Source: Rhodoferax sp. (GTDB lineage Bacteria > Pseudomonadota > Gammaproteobacteria > Burkholderiales > Burkholderiaceae_C). Taken from it: DNA of 64,000 bases. The notes beneath the pieces are model-generated. The model did no database searches. It was given only the letters and a program-made list of their open reading frames with translations, and had not been told where the DNA came from. The DNA lies in assembly GCA_046598245.1 (NCBI GenBank), contig JBKJJC010000040.1, forward strand, positions 472 to 64,471, read 5' to 3'. This document shows, one piece after another, positions 59,174 to 64,000 of this stretch (position 1 is the first letter of the stretch; each line of letters begins with the position of its first letter). The translations under genes and the position numbers were made by a program.

Positions 59174-59925
59174 TCGACCATCTCAGCGGGTTTAAGCTGC
59201 AGCTGCACGCTACATCCACCATCCAACACGCCCTGGATAGACACCTCTGCGCCAAAGCGCTCCAGCATTTTGCGTGTGAGTACCAGCCCCATGCCAATAC
59301 CGTCAAATTGTTTTGCGCTGTGCAAACGGCCAAACACCTGGAACAACTGGGCCTGCAGTGCCGGGTTGTAACCCACACCGTTATCGCTTACTTGCAAGAC
59401 TACAAAGCCACTACTCCCCACAGAAAGAGCATTGACCTCAATCACCGCAGGCTCACGCGTTGCGCTGAACTTCAAGGCGTTGCCCAACACTTGGATAAGT
59501 GCCTGTCGCAACAGCTTGGCATCGGCCTGCACCACGGGTAAATCACTGGCAGTGCGCCATTCCACGCTGCGCTGTGGGCATTGGGCAGACAGTTCTTGGC
59601 AAGTGGCCTGTACCAGTTCTTGCAAAGGCACCGGTCCGACGTCCAGCGGTGCCGACCCGACACGCGACAGCGCAGCCAAGCCATCCAGCAACACCCCCAT
59701 GTGCCGCGCAGAGTTGGTGATGGTGGTTAAAAACTCCTGCACTTCGGCAGTGAGCTGTGGCCCTGCGTCCTCGCGCACCAACTGCGCGTAAGACAGGATG
59801 TGGCGTAACGGTGCGCGCAGGTCGTGCGAAACCGCGTAGCTGAAGTGTTGCATCTCCGCACGCACCGCAGCCAGCTCGGCCTCCAATGCGGCGATACGAG
59901 CGTCGGGGTCCGGTGTGTCAGCCAT
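59170..59925 (-). CDS. histidine kinase lacking a sensor domain (HisKA plus HATPase)
   Basis: FSYAVSHDLRAPL, NALKF, DNGVG and GIGMGL motifs. Confidence 0.9.
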   Translation of the reverse strand: MADTPDPDARIAALEAELAAVRAEMQHFSYAVSHDLRAPLRHILSYAQLVREDAGPQLTAEVQEFLTTITNSARHMGVLLDGLAALSRVGSAPLDVGPVPLQELVQATCQELSAQCPQRSVEWRTASDLPVVQADAKLLRQALIQVLGNALKFSATREPAVIEVNALSVGSSGFVVLQVSDNGVGYNPALQAQLFQVFGRLHSAKQFDGIGMGLVLTRKMLERFGAEVSIQGVLDGGCSVQLQLKPAEMVD

Positions 59926-59942
59926 CCTCAACCTGCTTGGTA

Positions 59943-61358
59943 TCAAGCTTTAGGTGTTTTCTGCGGACGTGACCAGTTGGCAATGCTGACCTGCTTGCCA
60001 CGCGCCACACTCAACGCGCCCACCGGTGTGTCCTTGGTCAGCGTAGAGCCCCCGCCCACTGTGCCGCCGGCACCCAAGGTAATGGGAGCGACCAGCACAC
60101 AGTTGCTGCCCACATGCACGTCGGCCTCAATGGTCGTTTGGTGTTTGTTGGCGCCATCGTAATTGGCGGTAATGCTGCCCGCACCAAAGTTGACCCTCTC
60201 TCCCACCGTGGCGTCGCCCAGGTAGGCCAAGTGATTGGCTTTGGCGCCTTGGGCCAGGGTAGAGTTTTTTACCTCTACAAAATTGCCAATGTGCACCTCA
60301 GCACCTAGACGGGCCCCTGGCCGCAGTCGGGCAAAGGGGCCAACCAGCGAACCTGGGCCCACTGTCACACCCAGCTTTTCACCATCAATGTGGGTGAACG
60401 GATGGATAACGGCGCCCGCTTCAATGATGGCGTTGGCAATGACGCAGTTGGCGCCGATAGACACGTTCTCGCCCAAATTAACCTGCCCCATAAAGACGCA
60501 GTTCACATCAATGCTGACGCCATGCGCGCAGAGCAGGTCGCCGCGCACGTCGATACGCGCGGGGTCGGCCAGGCGCACGCCCTCTTCCATCAAACGATGG
60601 GCCTGCTGCAGTTGGTAGGCCCGCTCCAGTTGGGCAAGCTGCACGGGGCTGTTGACGCCAGCAACCTGCACCGCATCGTCAATCTTGTGCGCCACCACAG
60701 GCACACCGTCTGCCACGGCAAACTTCACAATATCCGTCAGGTAATACTCGCTCTGGGCATTCTGGTTGTCCAGGCTGGCCAGCCAGCGCTTGAGCTGCAC
60801 CGCCGGCACGGCCATGATGCCGCTGTAAATCTCGGTAATCGCTTGCTGCGCAGGCGTGGCATCTTTGTGCTCCACGATCGCCTGCACCACGCCGTCGGCC
60901 CCACGCACGATGCGGCCATAGCCAGTGGGGTTGCCCATCTCCAGTGTTAGCAATGCCAGGTGGGCACCGGCACTGGCCTTAAACAGGTGGAGCAGCGTGG
61001 CCGGTTGGGTCAGCGGCACGTCACCGGAGAGCACCAGAACGACGCCATCATCGGCCAGCACAGGCGCCGCCTGCTGCACAGCGTGCCCGGTGCCCAACTG
61101 TGGCTCTTGGCGGACAAAACTTAAGGAAAATGGGGCTGTAGCCCCCGTGTATGCTGAACATGATGCTTCAACTTCCATAGCACCATGACCGGTCACTATG
61201 GCTACATGGCGCACGTGTAGCGCTTGCACCGTGTCCAGCACATGGTGCAACAGCGCCCGCCCAGCCAACGGGTGCAGCACCTTGGGTAAAAGACTCTTCA
61301 TGCGCGTGCCTTTACCGGCCGCCATAATGACCACATCTATGGCCTGCTGATCCAACAC
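59943..61358 (-). CDS. glmU: bifunctional UDP-GlcNAc pyrophosphorylase / glucosamine-1-P acetyltransferase (start uncertain, up to 61391)
   Basis: AAGKGTRMKS..PK, QLGTGHA, EYYLTD, hexapeptide region GNFVEVK. Confidence 0.98.
   Translation of the reverse strand: MLDQQAIDVVIMAAGKGTRMKSLLPKVLHPLAGRALLHHVLDTVQALHVRHVAIVTGHGAMEVEASCSAYTGATAPFSLSFVRQEPQLGTGHAVQQAAPVLADDGVVLVLSGDVPLTQPATLLHLFKASAGAHLALLTLEMGNPTGYGRIVRGADGVVQAIVEHKDATPAQQAITEIYSGIMAVPAVQLKRWLASLDNQNAQSEYYLTDIVKFAVADGVPVVAHKIDDAVQVAGVNSPVQLAQLERAYQLQQAHRLMEEGVRLADPARIDVRGDLLCAHGVSIDVNCVFMGQVNLGENVSIGANCVIANAIIEAGAVIHPFTHIDGEKLGVTVGPGSLVGPFARLRPGARLGAEVHIGNFVEVKNSTLAQGAKANHLAYLGDATVGERVNFGAGSITANYDGANKHQTTIEADVHVGSNCVLVAPITLGAGGTVGGGSTLTKDTPVGALSVARGKQVSIANWSRPQKTPKA
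61121..61182 (-). repeat. dispersed repeat family A, in frame inside glmU (sense)
   Basis: minus strand GCTATGGAAGTTGAAGC..ACACGGGGGCTACAGCC; encodes AMEVEASCSAYTGATAPFSL. Confidence 0.8.
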
Positions 61359-61394
61359 GGTGTTTTCTTGAACCTGAAATTCTGAAGCCAAAGC

Positions 61395-62330
61395 ATGTCC
61401 CTTTCAAAACCTTTTATGGCGCGTACATCAACACGCGCGACGGCCATTATCGGCGCGCTGCTGTTGGCCATGCTACTGGCCGGGTGCGGTGCCGTGCGCC
61501 TGGGCTACAACACGGCCCCCACCCTCGCCTATTGGTGGCTGGACAGCTATTTTGACTTTGATGGCGAGCAAAGCCTACGCCTGCGTGCCGACCTGCAAGC
61601 CGTGCAGGACTGGCACCGCAAAGAAGAGTTGCCATTGCTGATCCAAACCCTGAAGGAGTTGCAAGGCATGGGCCCCAATCCGATATCAGCAGCGCAGGTT
61701 TGCGCCACTGTAGCCAGTGTGCAAACCCGCATCCAGGTCACGCTGGAGCGGGTTGCCCCAGCCATCGCCGCCATCGCGCCAACGCTGCAAGCAGCCCAGA
61801 TCGAACAAGTGTCGGAACAGTTCGACAAACGCAACAAAAAATGGCGCGAGGATTGGCTGGAAGGCACGCCGGCAGAACGCTCTGAACGCCGTGTAAAGCA
61901 GATCGTAGGCCGTGCGGAATCCCTGTACGGCAACCTAGAGCCTGCGCAGATCAACATTGTGAAAGCCCAGGTTCAAACCTCCAGCTTCGACGGACAGCGA
62001 AACTACCGCGAAATGTTGCGCCGCCACAAGGACGCGTTGCAGGTGCTCAACACCCTGCGCATGGGCAAGGTGTCGTCCACCCAAGCCATTGCAGACATCC
62101 GTGGTTTGCTGGATCGCACACTCAAGGCGCCAGACCCGGCCTACCGCCAATACGTAGACCGCTTGACCCAGGAAAGCTGTGCCGCGACGGCAGCCGTCCA
62201 CAACAGCAGCTCCAGCAGCCAACGCGCGCACCTGCTACAAACCTTGCAGGACTATGAAAACGACGCCCGCGCGCTGGCGGGTCAAAGTCCGCAACCATCA
62301 ACCAATCAGGCATCGTCCGCCGCACTATAG
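61395..62330 (+). CDS. lipoprotein, DUF6279-like
   Basis: lipobox LAGC, YN..P..YWWLD.Y and WHR..LP. Confidence 0.8.
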   Translation: MSLSKPFMARTSTRATAIIGALLLAMLLAGCGAVRLGYNTAPTLAYWWLDSYFDFDGEQSLRLRADLQAVQDWHRKEELPLLIQTLKELQGMGPNPISAAQVCATVASVQTRIQVTLERVAPAIAAIAPTLQAAQIEQVSEQFDKRNKKWREDWLEGTPAERSERRVKQIVGRAESLYGNLEPAQINIVKAQVQTSSFDGQRNYREMLRRHKDALQVLNTLRMGKVSSTQAIADIRGLLDRTLKAPDPAYRQYVDRLTQESCAATAAVHNSSSSSQRAHLLQTLQDYENDARALAGQSPQPSTNQASSAAL

Positions 62331-62339
62331 ATACGCACC

Positions 62340-62738
62340 ATGGCTGGCACCACACGCTCCGAATTTGCGCAGTACTGCTGTGAACTGCTCAGCACGGTTG
62401 GCCCCTGCACTGCCAAACGCATGTTTGGTGGCTGGGGCATCAGCACCGATGGCTTGACCATTGCCATCATTGCCGACCTGGGCGGCGGCGAAAAACTCTG
62501 GCTCAAGGCCAGTGAAGACAACCGGCACGAGTGGGAGGCCGCTGGCTGCGTACGCTTCACCTACGCGTCCACCAAGGACGGCGAAACGGTGTCACGTGGC
62601 ATGAACTATTACAGCGCCCCCGAAGAGGCCATGGATGCCGCTCACGCCATGGCACCGTGGGCGCGCCTGGCGCTGGAGGCTGCGGTGGCCGCAAAGGCAT
62701 CTAAACCTGCCAAGACACCGAAGAAGGTTAAAAAATAG
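62340..62738 (+). CDS. TfoX/Sxy N-terminal domain protein
   Basis: KRMFGGWG, LWLK, F.Y and M.YY..P motifs. Confidence 0.88.
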   Translation: MAGTTRSEFAQYCCELLSTVGPCTAKRMFGGWGISTDGLTIAIIADLGGGEKLWLKASEDNRHEWEAAGCVRFTYASTKDGETVSRGMNYYSAPEEAMDAAHAMAPWARLALEAAVAAKASKPAKTPKKVKK

Positions 62739-62756
62739 GCTGTAGCCCCCGTTGAA
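62729..62756 (-). repeat. truncated family A repeat
   Basis: GGCTGTAGCCCCCGTT core only; the GCTAT..ATAGC arm is replaced by the HAD gene end. Confidence 0.7.
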
Positions 62757-62757
62757 G

Positions 62758-63414
62758 TTAGTCTTCACGTAGCAGGAAGTCATGAATTTCTTTCAGGCTT
62801 TCGCTACTGATATCCGCGTCAGCAGAAACTTCGGTAGACCTCCATCCGGTGCGCATCCCCAAAGCCCTCGCGGGTCGGATGTCGGCGTTCAGGTCATCAC
62901 CAATGAAGATCGCTTCAGAAGGCGAAGCACCAAGGAGCCTCAGGCACTCCTTGAATATCTCCGGATTGGGCTTCTTGACGCCGAATGCGCCAGACGTAAC
63001 GATTGCATCAAATAGCGGGGAAAACCCCATCCCGTCGATCTTGCGGCGCTGGAAGAAATCACGGCCGTTCGTCACCATTCCGACAAGAATACCCCGCTTC
63101 TTGCAGTTCTCCAGAACCTCTCTGGCGCCGACGGCAGCCACGGCGTGCTGGCCAAAGTTGGTGTCAAAATCGTTTCTGAGTGAATCCGTGAGCAATTGGG
63201 GCAACCGGAAACGCGACCTCAGCCGCTCAAACACCTCCACCTTTTCGATACGTCTCTCGTTCAACTCCACGAAGACCGAGCGCCACTCAAGCGGTAGAAC
63301 ACCGCACTCCTCCAGTCGACCTTTTGACCACAAATTCGAAGCTACGATCTGCAGCGTCGCCCCCTTCTCATGAAGAGTGCCATCGAGATCGAACAAAGCA
63401 GCGCGCGTACGCAT
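62758..63414 (-). CDS. HAD family hydrolase (accessory, atypical codon usage)
   Basis: FDLDGTL, VTNG, KP.P.IF and IGDD..AD motifs. Confidence 0.88.
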   Translation of the reverse strand: MRTRAALFDLDGTLHEKGATLQIVASNLWSKGRLEECGVLPLEWRSVFVELNERRIEKVEVFERLRSRFRLPQLLTDSLRNDFDTNFGQHAVAAVGAREVLENCKKRGILVGMVTNGRDFFQRRKIDGMGFSPLFDAIVTSGAFGVKKPNPEIFKECLRLLGASPSEAIFIGDDLNADIRPARALGMRTGWRSTEVSADADISSESLKEIHDFLLRED

Positions 63415-63461
63415 GGGGTCAACGTCGGATACGTGTGGCGAACGGCACGAATTCCTGCAAA

Positions 63462-64000
63462 TCAAACCGGCCAAACCACCCCATGGTTATTGAGAATAGC
63501 GTCCAGCGGCAGGTCGTGCGGCTCGGGCTCGAAGTCGTCCACATACCCCACGCCAAAGCCCAGGCCAACCGTATAGGGCTTGGGATCTAGCGCCGCCATC
63601 ATGCGGTCGTAAAACCCGCCGCCATAGCCCAAGCGGTAACCACCCGGCCCATAACCCACGCAGGGTGCGAACAGCAGCGTAGGCGTGATGACCTCGGTGT
63701 CTTTGGGCTTGGGGATGCCATAGGCGTCTTCTTCCATCGGGCAACCGGGGTACCAGGCATGGAAGGTCATGGTCTTGTGTTCCTTGTTGACCACGGGCAG
63801 GCCGATGCGGCGCAACTGGGGCTCGTCCAGCAGCTCGCCGTCTTCCTTCCAGCGGTGCAAAGCCGGCAGGGGGTCAAACTCGCCCTTGATGGGCCAATAG
63901 GCACCGATCACGGTGTCGGGTCGACCAATCAACCAGATACGCAGGACCTGCTGTAATAGATCGGCCTGCTCTTGCCGGTCGGGCAGGTTCAGGCGTTGTT
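63462..64000 (-). CDS. 5-formyltetrahydrofolate cyclo-ligase (5' truncated by window)
   Basis: YWP..GE.D, PCVG..G.RLGYGGGFYDR and HD.PLD motifs. Confidence 0.93.
   Translation of the reverse strand, partial: QRLNLPDRQEQADLLQQVLRIWLIGRPDTVIGAYWPIKGEFDPLPALHRWKEDGELLDEPQLRRIGLPVVNKEHKTMTFHAWYPGCPMEEDAYGIPKPKDTEVITPTLLFAPCVGYGPGGYRLGYGGGFYDRMMAALDPKPYTVGLGFGVGYVDDFEPEPHDLPLDAILNNHGVVWPV

Overview
GC-rich betaproteobacterial chromosome segment; gene content and order suggest Comamonadaceae, probably Rhodoferax-like (inference). Core loci: tail of a nitrate reductase operon (narH'JI plus PPIase, carbonic anhydrase, nnrS, hemerythrin), groESL with CIRCE, pgi-tal/zwf-hexR, porin, coq7, ilvA, queC, glmS and glmU. 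Main observation: a near-identical 27-bp palindromic operator (24/27 identical) occurs at 24539 and 49359. Each copy overlaps a sigma70-like promoter in the same register. This ties two loci about 25 kb apart into one putative NrtR (ADP-ribose-sensing) regulon. Locus 1 is pncB-nadE-nadM plus a divergent deaminase-SLOG-Nudix triple fusion. Locus 2 is a nicotinamidase-vWA-PP2C-Ser/Thr kinase operon (TerY-P-triad-like) divergent from nrtR. Also present: an ~60-bp dispersed repeat (11 copies, some in frame inside pgi and glmU), other palindromic repeats, an isolated integron-type cassette with attC, a duplicated 63-aa protein ending in a TonB-box-like motif with a conserved promoter, and a perfect FNR box upstream of a DUF4331-like operon. 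No rRNA, tRNA, CRISPR array or transposase was seen. All domain calls are from motif reading, not database searches.
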